From the NCBI RefSeq assembly GCF_009914755.1, contig NC_060927.1: a stretch of DNA of 64,000 nucleotides. One strand, given 5' to 3'. The stretch comes from the human T2T-CHM13v2.0 reference genome, Homo sapiens. Each line of letters begins with the position of its first letter. Positions within the stretch are counted from its first letter, which is position 1. Below are positions 26,941-43,287 of the stretch, piece by piece. Position numbers and translations under genes: made by a program. Under the pieces are notes generated by a model. That model did not search any database. It was given only the letters and a program-made list of their open reading frames with translations, and was not told the origin of the DNA.

Positions 26941-27778
26941 GGCCCTGCTTACCTGGGATTCCACAAGTCTCTGCCCAGATGGCCCCAAGCCCATTTCTAC
27001 AGTCTGTGAGCCTCTGCCTTGGTTCCCTTTGTCTGTATTGTCAGTTTGCAGACCCCTGGGAAGCCCAAGGGTGGTCACACAGTGGCTGTTTGCAGAAGGT
27101 ATGGATAAATATTAGACATAAGGGCTGCAGTATCATATGTGTACAAGAACTTCCTCTCAATGGGAGTTGGAGCCAGGCTGAGAAGAGACGGGCACAGGCC
27201 AGGAGACAGGGATCAGGGACCCAAGGGCTGGCTTGCACAGCCCTTCCACATCCCAGTGCAGAACTCTGAGGAGTCTGAGAATCCTGAGTGCAAACTTGTT
27301 CTTCCAGGTGTTTGAAAAGTTGATTTGTCAAGCTAAGAGGGTAGATCATATTTTATTAAACAGTTTGTTAGCTTGATTCACACTCTTTATTTATACATAT
27401 GTGGATCTCCATTTATACTCTTGCCGCCTCTCAGAAACGTTAGCAGCAGGCCTGGCTTCCTCTGCATTTGAGTCACTCCAGAAGATGGTGGTTCAAATTC
27501 CAGGGCCTGGTGGTTAAAAAAAAAAAAAAAAAAAGGGGCGGGGTCTGTGCCAAATCTCTTTTCTGACACCCACCTTCTTGGGGATTCCAGACTTTCTTCT
27601 CAAAGTCCTGTTCTCTACTCTCTCTCCTATTTCCCTGTTTTTATTTTGTAGCACTGAAAAAAATCTAAAATTACCTTATTTGTTTACTTGTTTAATATGA
27701 GGTCTGTGAGGTCAGAGGCTTGTGGCTACATCTGCAGCATGTGGCACATACTAAGTGCTCATTAAAAATGTGCTTATA

Positions 27779-28097
27779 GCCAAGCATGGTGCCTCATGCC
27801 TGTACTTCTAGTGATTTGGGGGGCCAGCATGAGAAGACTGCTTGAGGCTAGGAGTTTGAGACCAGCCTGGGAAACATAGCAAGACACCCTTGTCTCTACA
27901 GAATTTTTTTTTTAATGAGCTGGGTTGTGGTGGTGTATTCCTGTAGTCCCAGCTATTCTACAGACTGAGGTGGGAGGATCACTTAAGCCTGGGAGGTCGA
28001 GGTTGCAGCTATGATTGCACCACTGCACTCCAGCCAGGGTGACAGAGCAAGACCCTGTTTCTAAAAATAATATAAATAAATAAATAAATAAATAATT
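27779..28097 (+). mobile_element. AluJ with (TAAA)n tail
   Basis: Dimeric Alu with J-type GGAGGATCACTT.AGCCTGGGAGGTCGAGG. Confidence 0.85.
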
Positions 28098-28623
28098 GCT
28101 GAATGTGTCATGACAGGAATATTGTTTTAAAAAATTTGCTAAATGAATGACTTAGGTGCTATTTTGTGCCAGGACTATGCAGGGTACAAAGATAACTCAG
28201 AAAGGTCCTCTGCCTTCAAGGGTCGCCAAGCCTAGTTGGGGAGCAATCTTGAAAACAACAGTCTTCTGCCTTTAGTTTTACACTTCTGACATCATTAATG
28301 AATCTGGAAACAAAAATATATATGTAGCCATTATTGTAGCACTTCCGGGCAGACAAACAATTTGCAAGGTAAATAAGCTGCAGGGAAAGGGAAACATACT
28401 TTCTGTTAGTTTCTCTAAAGGTTTAGGGATAAGAGAGCTTTTAAACTTGATGACCCATCAGAATGGTGGAAAGTGCTTTTTCTCCCTCTCCCTGAAGATA
28501 AATTGCTTGTTTTTCTAGGAGTGGGGGAACATGTTAAACGTTTTCTGCTGTTAAGCTAAAATACTGTTTAGAACAGGAGGCTAAAATCTCCTTAGCTGCT
28601 GCTGTCTGCCTTATTTAACTTAC

Positions 28624-28782
28624 ATGGCAGACGGTGGCATCTGCTGAACAACACTGTGTTGGCTGCTTATCTCCTCCAAGGAGTTGAGGGACTCTGGAGT
28701 CGTCCTCAGAGGACTCCATGGGCAGCAGGGCAGCTGGGGCTTCCAGCAGCTCTGGGCAGACTTCATTTTCACTCCAGATGGC
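28624..28782 (-). other. Candidate 159-nt antisense exon
   Basis: Minus-strand acceptor TGTTTCTGCCTGTCTTCTTTCACACTTTGCACACCCAG|G and donor CAT|GTAAGT; unique, GC-richer than its flanks. No transcript evidence available. Confidence 0.4.
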
Positions 28783-29169
28783 CTGGGTGTGCAAAGTGTG
28801 AAAGAAGACAGGCAGAAACACTGTCCCTTCTGCATAGAATCCCTTTTTAAAAATTAATTAAGGCTTGTGTCTAGTCACCCAGAAATATAAGAGGTCATTT
28901 TTATCTAAAGATGATTGTGCAGGCCCCATAAAGCCAATGCATTTGAAATAATGATGAATATATCATAAGAAATACTGAAAACTGTACTTGTTTGGAGTTT
29001 TATCTTGAAAAACAGCAGCTAAAAACCATAAAAGTGATTTTAGAGTTTATAAAATTAGGCTATAACTTTACTATGTGCTAATTCTTAGAATACTAGGGAT
29101 GCATATATTTTTTAATAAAATTGTATGACATCACCATATTCCTTCCTATTTGACTTTCAAGACATCTAC

Positions 29170-30330
29170 TCATTCATCCAACAAATATTTATTGACTAAT
29201 TACTATGCACCAAGCACTGTTCTAGGCAGTGGGATCAGTCAAAAAAAAAAAAAGAAAATATTTTTCGTGTTTTCATGGACCTTATATTCTAATGGGTGAT
29301 AAATCATAAAATATTAGGGAAAAGCAGATCATGCTGGAAAGTAGCAAATACTAAGAAGAAAATACAAAAGCAGAGATGGTGAATAAGTAGTACAGAATAT
29401 TGGTAAAGACTACAGTTTAAAGAGGGTGGTCAGAATATGTCTCTCTGAGAAGATGACATGAGGGAAAAGATTTGAAGGTGATGAGGAGAGAAACATATGA
29501 ATATCCAGAGAAAGAGCATTCTAGTTAGAGGGAACATCAAGTGCAAATGTCCTGGAGCAGGATGTGCCTAATGCGTTCAAAGAAGAGCAAGGAGCCAGTG
29601 CAGCCGGAATGGAGGGAGTGAGGGGAGGAAGGTAGGCAATCTGGAGAGATATGATTGGATATTGTATACCACTGGAAAGACCTTTACTCTGAGATGAAGA
29701 GTCCAATAGAGTTTTGAGCAGGGAAGTGAAAGTAGGCTTACCGTGGCTGCTGAGCTGACAATAGACTGTAGAGTAGTGAGGGTAGAAGCAGGAAACGAAT
29801 CGAGTGGCTCCTGAAAGAATCAGGTGGGAGACAGAGTAGTAGTGGAAATGGTGAGAAGTGTTGGGATCCTAGTTACATTTTAAAAATGGAGCTGATAGGG
29901 CTTACTAATTGATCTGATTATGAAAGGAACTGGACTACTAGAATGTGAGAGAAAGAGAGGAATCAAAGATAACTCAGGTTTTTGACCTGAAAAGGAACTG
30001 AGATAAACAGAAATGGGGAAGACTGAATAGTATTAAGATATTTTAGAGGGAAGAGCAGGAATTTGACAGGGCACAATAATTCTAAGATTATTACCTACTA
30101 GACATCCACACAGAAGTGTCAAGTAGGTAGCTGAATACATGAGTCTGGAGTTTAGGAGAGAAGTGACAAGTGCATATTTGAGAACCAACAGTTTAAGGGA
30201 GGATTTAAAGTCATGAAACTAGATGACCCACCTTGGGAGAGAATGTGGATAGAGGACAGAAGAAGTCTAGGGATCAGGGAGATATGGAGGAACAAGCATA
30301 GTCAAATCAGAGAAGATCATTTTGGGGAAA
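29170..30330 (-). mobile_element. L2 LINE fragment
   Basis: CATTCATCCAACAAATATTTATTGA...TACTATGCACCAAGCACTGTTCTAGGC (antisense L2 3' end) followed by a purine-rich L2 body. Confidence 0.75.
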
Positions 30331-30507
30331 ATATTGGAGGACCTTGTTAAGTTTCTTGGAGTCTTCTTCCAATTTCCTAAAATTTAAATCATCCTATTTG
30401 AAGAGTCTGTCATCATTGTTACTGATTTTTCAGTTTTTTGGTGATTGACCTAATGCTCAGATCCTTTCTTATCAATGACAGCACAAGATTCCAACATGGT
30501 TTTCTTC

Positions 30508-30900
30508 ACATAGTCCATTTTGTGTTGCTGTAACAGAACACCACAATCTGAGTAATTTATAAAGAAAATAAATTTGTTTCTCACAGTTCTGGAGGCTGGG
30601 AAGTCAAATATCAAGGTGCCAGCATCTGGTAAGGGCCATCTTGCTACATCATCCCATGGCAGAAGTCGGAAGGGCAAGAGAGAGGGGAAAAGAGAGAAGG
30701 AAGGGGGGGGGGCAAAATCATCCTTTTATCAGGAACCCACTCCTACAATAACTAACCACTCCCATAATAACAGCATTAATCCATTCATAAGGCAGAGCCC
30801 TCAAGACCAAATTACTTCTTACAGGTCCCACCTCTTAACACTGCTGCAATGGGAATTAAGTTTCCAACACATGAACCTTGGGGGACACATTCATGCACTA
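30508..30900 (-). mobile_element. MaLR LTR (MSTC/D-like)
   Basis: TAGTCCATTTTGTGTTGCTGTAACAG...TCACAGTTCTGGAGGCTGGGAAGTC...GGGGGACACATTCA. Confidence 0.8.
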
Positions 30901-31360
30901 TGTGACATCCTGCATCTGCAAGTTTTGCAGTGCCATTTTAATGAAGTCAGTTTACTTTGCACTTGCACTTTGTGTTTACCCTGTCACAGCTCACCGGTAA
31001 CAGAACTCTTAGTGTGATGGACAGAGATAGAAACTAGCATTCAGCAAAGAGGCAGTTTTCAGGGTGGACTAATTTTATACACAACCATTTATCAGTAGAT
31101 ATTTTTAAGTTCTGATGCTTTAAAAATCCTTGTAAATTTGGGGGCTTGAGTAATGAATATTAGATGATAATGACCTTCCGGGTATCCATTAAACCATTAG
31201 CAATGTCTCCAGTTTGTTAAGAATTAATAGATATTAAAAATCAGAAGGAGGGCAGCCAAGATGGCCGAATAGGAACAGCTCTGGTCTACACCTCCCAGCG
31301 TGAGCGACGCAGAATACGGGTGATTTCTGCATTTCCATCTGAGGTACCAGGTTCATCTCA

Positions 31361-31702
31361 CTAGGGAGTGCCAGACAGTGGGCGCAGGACAGTGGGTGCA
31401 GCGCACCGTGCGTGAGCCGAAGCAGGGCGAGCAAGGCATTGCCTCACTCGGGAAGCGCAAGGGGTCAGGGAGTTCCCTTTCCTAGTCAAAGAAAGGGGTG
31501 ACAGACGGCACCTGGAAAATCGGGTCACTCCCACCCTAATACTGCGCTTTTCCGACGGGCTTAAAAAACGGTGCACTAGGAGATTATATCCCACAACTGG
31601 CTCGGAGGGTCCTACAACCACAGAGTCTCGCTGATTGCTAGCACAGCGGTCTGAGATCAAACTGCAAGGCGGCAGCGAGGCTGGGGGAGGGGCGCCTGCC
31701 AT
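31361..31702 (-). CDS. LINE-1 ORF0 (antisense 5'UTR ORF), open, 113 aa
   Basis: MAGAPPPASLPPCSLISDRCASNQRDSV...RVGVTRFSRC... matches ORF0; ATG in GCAATGG context at 31702; no stop until 31361. Expression is not shown. Confidence 0.6.
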   Translation of the reverse strand: MAGAPPPASLPPCSLISDRCASNQRDSVVVGPSEPVVGYNLLVHRFLSPSEKRSIRVGVTRFSRCRLSPLSLTRKGNSLTPCASRVRQCLARPASAHARCAAPTVLRPLSGTP

Positions 31703-32285
31703 TGCCCAGGCTTGCTTAGGTAAACAAAGCAGCCGGGAAGCTTGAGCTGGGTGGAGCCCACCACAGCTCAAGGAGGCCTGCCTGCCTCTGTAGGCTCCAC
31801 CTCTGGGGGCAGGGCACAGACAAACAAAAAGACAGCAGTAACCTCTGCAGAATTAAACGTCCCGGTCTGACAGCTTTGAAGAGAGCAGTGGTTCTCCCAG
31901 CATGCAGCTGGAGATCTGAGAACGGGCAGACTGCCTCCTCAAGTGGGTCCCAGACCCCTGACCCCTGAGCAACCTAACTGGGAGGCACCCCCCAGTAGGG
32001 GCACACTGACACCTCACATGGCCAGGTACTCCTCTGAGACAAAACTTCCAGAGGAACGATCAGACAGCAGCATTCGTGGTTCACGAAAATCCGCTGTTCT
32101 GCAGCCACCGCTGCTGTTACCCAGGCAAACAGGGTCTGGAGTGGACCTCTAGCAAACTCCAACAGACCTGCAGCTGAGGGTCCTGTCTGTTAGAAGGAAA
32201 ACTAACAAACAGAAAGGACATCCACACCAAAAACCCATCTGTACATCACCATCATCAAAGACCAAAAGTAGATAAAACCACAAAG

Positions 32286-33302
32286 ATGGGGAAAAAACAG
32301 AGCAGAAAAACTGGAAACTCTAAAAAACAGAGCGCCTCTCCTCCTCCAAAGGAACGCAGTTCCTCACCAGCAACGGAACAAAGCTGGATGGAGAATGACT
32401 TTGACGAGCTGAGAGAAGAAGGCTTCAGATGATCAAAATACTCCGAGCTACAGGAGGAAATTCAAACCAAAGGCAAAGAAGTTGAAAACTTTGAAAAAAA
32501 TTTAGACGAATGTATAACTAGAATAACCAATACAGAGAAGTGCTTAAAGGAGCTGATGGAGCTGAAAGCCAAGGCTCGAGAACTGCGTGAAGAATGCAGA
32601 AGCCTCAGGAGCCGATGCAATCGACTGGAAGAAAGGGTATCAGTGATGGAAGACTAAATGAATGAAACGAAGCGAGAAGGGAAGTTTAGAGAAAAAAGAA
32701 TAAAAAGAAATGAACAAAGCCTCCAAGAAATATGGGACTATGTGAAAAGACCAAATCTACGTCTGATTGGTGTACCTGAAAGTGACGGGGAGAATGGAAC
32801 CAAGTTGGAAAACACTCTGCAGGATATTATCCAAGAGAACTTCCCCAATCTAGCAAGGCAGGCCAACCTTCAGATTCAGGAAATACAGAGAACACCACAA
32901 AGATACTCCTCAAGAAGAGCAACTCCAAGACACATAATTGTCAGATTCACCAAAGTTGAAATGAAGGAAAAAATGTTAAGGGCAGCCAGAGAGAAAGGTC
33001 GGGTTACCCACAAAGGGAAGCCCATCAGACTACCAGCGGATCTCTCGGCAGAAACTCTACAAGCCAGAAGAGAGTGGGGGCCAATATTCAACATTCTTAA
33101 AGAAAAGAATTTTCAACCCAGAATTTCATATCCAGCCAAACCAAGCTTCATAAGTGGAGGAGAAATAAAATACTTTACAGACAAGCAAATGCTGAGAGAT
33201 TTTGTCACCACCAGGCCTGCCCTAAAAGAGCTCCTGAAGGAAGCACTAAACATGGAAAGGAACAACCGGTACCAGCCACTGCAAAATCATGCCAAAATGT
33301 AA
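32286..33302 (+). pseudogene. L1 ORF1p, disrupted
   Basis: ATGGGGAAAAAACAG start; in-frame TGA at 32430-32432 and TAA at ~32655; C-terminal part intact (32658-33302 ...RYQPLQNHAKM). Confidence 0.93.
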
Positions 33303-33365
33303 AGACCATCGAGGCTAGGAAGAAACTGCATCAACTAACGAGCAAAATCACCAGCTAACATCATA

Positions 33366-37186
<3,821 letters not shown>

Positions 37187-37611
37187 ACAATGAGAACACA
37201 TGGACACAGGAAGGGGAACATCACACTCTGGGGACTGTTGTGGGGTGGGGGGAGTGGGGAGGGATAGCATTAGGAGCTATACCTAATGCTAAATGACGAG
37301 TTAATGGGTGCAGCACACCAGCATGGCACATGTATACATATGTAACTAACCTGCACATTGTGCACATGTACCCTAAAACTTAAAGTATAATAATAATAAA
37401 ATTTAAAATAATAAATAAATAAAAATAAATAAAAATAAAAATCAGCTTAGAAATTGTTCCAGAAGTTAATGTCTTCATTTATAAAGGAAGACAGTGACTG
37501 GCCTACAGAACTGAGTGACTAGACTGCACAGCTAGCTAGGAGCAAAGCCTGAATGAGAATCAATCTGAACCCCCCCTCCATGTAGTGCCATTTAGTGGTT
37601 AAGATACTTAA

Positions 37612-38039
<428 letters not shown>

Positions 38040-38041
38040 TG

Positions 38042-38068
<27 letters not shown>

Positions 38069-38072
<4 letters not shown>

Positions 38073-38800
38073 CTAAGTCTGGCAAGGATATGGAGCAACT
38101 AAGACTGTCATACACTGCTGGTGGGAATGCAAAATGGAACATCTGCTTTGGAAAACAGTTGAGTGGTTTCTTCACACTTGATCTTCACCAAACGGCTGAG
38201 AAGCAATAAGCAGTTTCTTATAAAGTTAAATATACACTTACCATACAACCCAGAAATTCCACTCCTAGGTATTTATCCAAGTCAAGTGAAAATATATGTC
38301 CACACAAAAACCTACATATGAATACATATAGCAACTTTATTCACAATCTTCAAAAACTAGGAACAACCCAAATATTGGTCAGCTATGAATGGATAAACCA
38401 ACTGCAGCACATCCGTACAGTGAAACACTGATCAGCAATAAAAGGAACAAATTATAATACACACAGCAGTTTAGATGAATCTCAAAGATGCTATGTTAAT
38501 TGAAAGGCACCAGTTCTTTAAAAGCTGCATTCTGAATGATTCCATTCATATGACATTCTGGAAAAGGCAAAACTGAAGGAACAAAAACAGGTCAGTTATC
38601 ACCAAGGGGTGGAGGGAGGACTTGGTTACAAAAGGATATGAGGGAATTCTGGAGTGTGATGAAATTGCTCTGTATCTCAGTTGAGGTGTGAGTTAGATGG
38701 CTGAATGAGTTTATCCAAACTCATAGAGCTGTACATTCAAAAGAAGAAATTTTGTTATATATATTTTTTTATCAATTTAAAAAATATATAAAAAATAAAA
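38069..38800 (+). mobile_element. Old L1M (L1MB/MC-like) 3' region
   Basis: GGCAAGGATATGGAGCAACT...CTGGTGGGAATGCAAAATGG...CCACTCCTAGGTATTTA...ATTCTGGAAAAGGCAAAACT. Confidence 0.75.
38174..38207 (-). pseudogene. 3'-truncated U2 snRNA retro-pseudogene (nt 1-34)
   Basis: Reverse complement ATTGCTTCTCAGCCGTTTGGTGAAGATCAAGTGT vs recalled U2 5' end ATCGCTTCTCGGCCTTTTGGCTAAGATCAAGTGT (29/34); TSD AGTGGTTTCTT / AGCAGTTTCTT. Confidence 0.85.
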
Positions 38801-41134
38801 GAGGGAATCCCAAAGATGAAATAAAAACAAAACATTCCTGGGACTTAACAGACTCTTTGAAAAACAAGTTTTCTTCTATTTTCCCCTCCTTTCCCTGAGA
38901 AAGAATTACTCATGATTGAAAGCCCTTAAAAAGAATTTGCTTACTCAGATATTATTTTTAAAAGGAGTGAAATTCATGACTCACAAAGTGTCTATTTTCT
39001 TCTGGCTTTTAAGTCATTTTTTACTTCATTTTTTCAACAAATAATTATCGATCACCTATAAGCAAAGAATGTCTTCCTGAGCTCTCACTTATAATTGAAC
39101 ATTTAGAGCTGAAGGAATCCTTAGAAATCAGTTAGTCTACATTGCAGATGAAGTAACTGAGGCTCTGAAAAGTGAAAGTCACTCACCCAGTGCCACCCAG
39201 AAAGTTGGTGGCAGAATCCCAGCCAGCACTTAGAGTGTCTAACGGGGCTTCGGTCTTTTCACTGTGCTCATCTTTGCAGCCCCTGAACCTTATCCTAAGA
39301 AGCTAACAGCTGCTTTGAGAAGTGATTTCTTCAGCTGTGTGAATGTACCCTTCACTGGTGGGATTTATAAAGTGTGATGGTGGGGGTACAGGGAAATATT
39401 TGGGACAAAGCATTGTATTCTGAGCTTCTGGAAACTCACTTCACAAGCTGCTTCCCTTCCCTAAGAGGAGTCCTTGTTTCTTACAGTAAACAGGAACAGG
39501 AACAGATTGCATGGAAGAATCATTAGTAGGCACCTGGAAGTGGCAAGATCCCTCTCCTGTTACTATCAAAGCTTTGTTTTTACCCAAGAGCAGTAAGAAC
39601 CTTCTTGAACTGGTGTAGGTGGAGCTCTCTAATAATACCCCAAGATAATGAAAGACACTACTCCTGAAGTCATCCTTTAGGCTAATACATAAAAGGATGG
39701 ATGACCAGAGGGTAAGAGCTGGTAAATCCCAAAGGCGTGAGCAATGCAAATTGAGGGACATTCTAGCATCCAGATCATTGAAGGAAACTAAAGAGACATG
39801 ACAAGTAAATGGAACTCATGATTATTTTGAATGCTTTGTTATCAGGCAGTGTTATTGGACAATTGGGGGAAATCTGAATGTTTCCATATACAAGATAACA
39901 GAATCAGATCTATTAATGTGAATTTCCTGATTCTGGTGGCAGTTTTGTGGTTATGTAGAAGTGTTTTTATTTGTACAAAATACACACAAAGTATGAGTGG
40001 GGGACATTGGGGTAGCAACTTATTCTCAAAAGACTCAGGGACAAAATAGTTCTTTATACTATTCCTGTAACTTTTCTGTAAGTATGGGATTCAAAATTAA
40101 AATAATATTTAAAATATGAGGACATTTTAGATATTATCCTTATAAAACTAAGCAGCTATGGCTGTATTCTTTAGAGCCCTTATTAGATAGAGATAAATAA
40201 TTAGAGGGTACACAGCATAGTCTATAATTGATGGGCAAATAAGTAGATGTGATAAAATGTATTTTTTTATAAATGAAAGGTAAGCACAGGAAGAGGTAAT
40301 AAAGGAATTTGGAGGATGAGAGATTGAGTTTGGAGGAAATGGGCAGGGGAGAGAAGAAGAGCTTTCTTGGTGTTTAATAGTTTTTCATCAGCAAGGGAGT
40401 CAGCCAAACACGTATTCGGGATGTGACCCCAAGCAGTTCAAATTTTGGAACATTAGGGAACCTTCCTTCAGGACTCCTGTGTCAAGGGACCATTATCCAG
40501 CCCAACGAGCACTGTCCTGAGAGTCCTGAAACCTGGACTCTAGTCCCCTATTTGTCCCCAACTGCCAATTCAATCTTGGGCAAAACAACCTGTAAATGAA
40601 GTATTTGGACTAAAATGATGTTTGACAATCCCTAAAAAACTTAAAAGGCTTTTGTTTCTTGAAGAAAATGATAAAATTTAGAAAGGAAATGCACCATAGA
40701 AAGAAATAGAAAACAATGAAAATATAAATTCTTTTTATTTGAGATACCCAGCTAACTAAAGGAATAGTTCCTGCCACCCCATGTCCCTCTCTTTGAAAAA
40801 GGAAACATAGGAACTCTTTTAATTTGAACAGCACAGAGAATACTGCCCTCCCTTCTCACATCTTAGATAACAGCAAGAGAGTCCTCTTAAATTGAATTTC
40901 TATTTATGAATCTAAAAATTCAAATGCATCATTGCAGAATATAGTGTGTTTTCCAAATATCAGAATAAATTTACACGGCAATATTCCAAGACTAGAACAC
41001 CTATAGCTTTTCTGTCAGCCTAAAATGAGTTTGTTTATGGAATGACTGATTTTGTTTTTGACCCGTAATTTATTTAGAATGTATTATTTTAAAATTTACT
41101 CACATGTGTAAATGTTTAATCTTTATTTTTATTA

Positions 41135-41755
41135 CAGATTTCTAACAATTTTATTGTGGTCAGACACTAGATTTTATATGAAACCAATTATTCAGCATTT
41201 ATTGAGGGTTAAATTGTCTAGCACATGGTCAGTTTTCGCAAATGTTACATGAGAGCCTGGGAAGAATGTCTTGCTCTATGTGTATCTATTAAGTTCAGCT
41301 TATTAAGTATGTTATTCAGATATTTTCTATCATTACTAATATTTTGAATGCTTCACTTATCAATAACTGAGCAAGGTATATTAAAATCCAGCATTGTGAG
41401 AATATATCTGACAGTTTCTCTTTGTAGTCCTCTATGTATTTTGATTCTGTTTTATTAGATGCATGCTCATTTAGAATTCTTTTTTTCTTCTTTGTGAATT
41501 GAATTATTATGTAGTGACTTTCTTTATCTCTAATAATGCTTTTTTAACTTAAAATGTATTTTTATCATATTAATATGGCTACCCTAGATTTCTTTTGGTT
41601 ATTATTTGCCTGGTAGCTTTGTCAAAAATTATTTTACTTTCAATCTTTCAATGCCATCATGTTATGGGTATATTTCTTGTAACAACACCTAGCTGGATTT
41701 TGTTTTTTAGTCAGTGAGTCTAGTCCATTTACATTTATTATAATTATGAATGATG
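41135..41755 (-). mobile_element. Ancient L1ME-like ORF2 fragment
   Basis: T-rich antisense L1 endonuclease-region similarity (...CTAGATTTCTTTTGGTTATTATTTGCCTGGTA...TTTACTTTCAATCTTTC). Confidence 0.55.
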
Positions 41756-43287
41756 GTGGGTATTTAAGTCACAATTAAAATAATCCTTTTAGAAATGGTT
41801 TTTAACAGTATATTAAACCAACATTTGCACTCAGGATCCTGCCCAGAATGAACTGAGAAAGAGGGAAGTGCCATTGACAGAAAGAGGCCTTCAAGGCACG
41901 TGCTCTATCTGGGCACGCTGCAGGCTATGGAAGCCTCTACCAGTTCACCTGCCTGCTTCTGGAGAGAGAGCTGTTCTGTCTTTGCCCACCTGATTCAGAG
42001 ACAGCCATTTGAAACACTACACATGGAGAATTTTAAACCTCTTTCTGTAAAATGTATCCTTAATGAAGATTCCGGATGCTTGTTAGCACCAAATGATTGT
42101 TGAAATGACGATATTAAAGGTAAAATACATTGTACCATTCCATTCCTGCAGTGACTCACACATATTTGATGTGCAGGGATTTCTTACATTCCACAAAATC
42201 ATTTTCAGGGTTTCCTTAAACTATGCCTGTGTTCTCTTAAGGCTTTCTGGTAAACCAGGTTTTCATGATTATTTCTAAGAAATTACATGTTTTTCACTCC
42301 CACTGTGTCACTAGTCTCCTGGTGTCTTTTTTTTTTTTTTCAAATTCATCCAGAGAAGTTAAAAAATCTAAAATAGTATCTTAACCAAGATAGAGCTACA
42401 AAATTGTTTGAGGCTTCCAGTTTAACAGAAATAGGATTGCTATGCAATTCACCACTGAGAAAGCAACAATAACGTACATGATAGTAAATAATACCTAGCA
42501 TGATAAGAGGTGTGTGTGTGTGTATATGTATGCATGTATGTCTGTGTATGAAATCCCCACTTAAATATAAGAAACCGAAGACATAGAAAATTTAAGTATT
42601 TTACTCCATTCCGATACTATAACAAAATACTTCAGGCTGGCCAATTTATACACAATAGGAATTTTATGATAAATGACTTTTACCTCAATTTTTAAAAAAG
42701 AAAAAATATATGTATACAAAGAAGTGACCAGGGGAATTGGCCATATGAAAGTCATTGATACCATAGTGAGAGTAGTTTCAGGGAAAAAGAGAGGGCCAAG
42801 ACTCAAGAGGAGTGGATTCAGAAAGAGTGTGCAGTAAAAAAGCAACAAACATAACTCTTTCAAGAAGTTTTGTTGGGAATAGAGATCAAAGTGATGGGTT
42901 GAGAAGGGGATGAGCCTTGGGGGATGTGGAGGTTAAAGGAGGTTTTATTGTTTAGGAAAAGATATAGCAGGTCATGTGTGTACCCTAACAGGAATGATCT
43001 AGTAGAGGTAGAAAGTGATTGTGAGGTAAAGAGAGAAGATGACTGCAGGAGGGAATGTCACTGTGATGGTGACAGAGGCCAGGATCCAGAGCACTCAGGT
43101 AGAGTTTTGTCTTTGATAGGAGCAGGGAGGATCCCTTAATTAGGCACAGAAGAGGAGGCCAAGTATATAGTTACTGATCCAAATAAGTGGGCAGTTTGAA
43201 TACTGGGAAAATGGAATGTTTATGTGATTGTTTTGGTTTTCCATTTGAGAAAACAGGTGAAGTCATTGGCTGAGAACTAGGGTGAGG

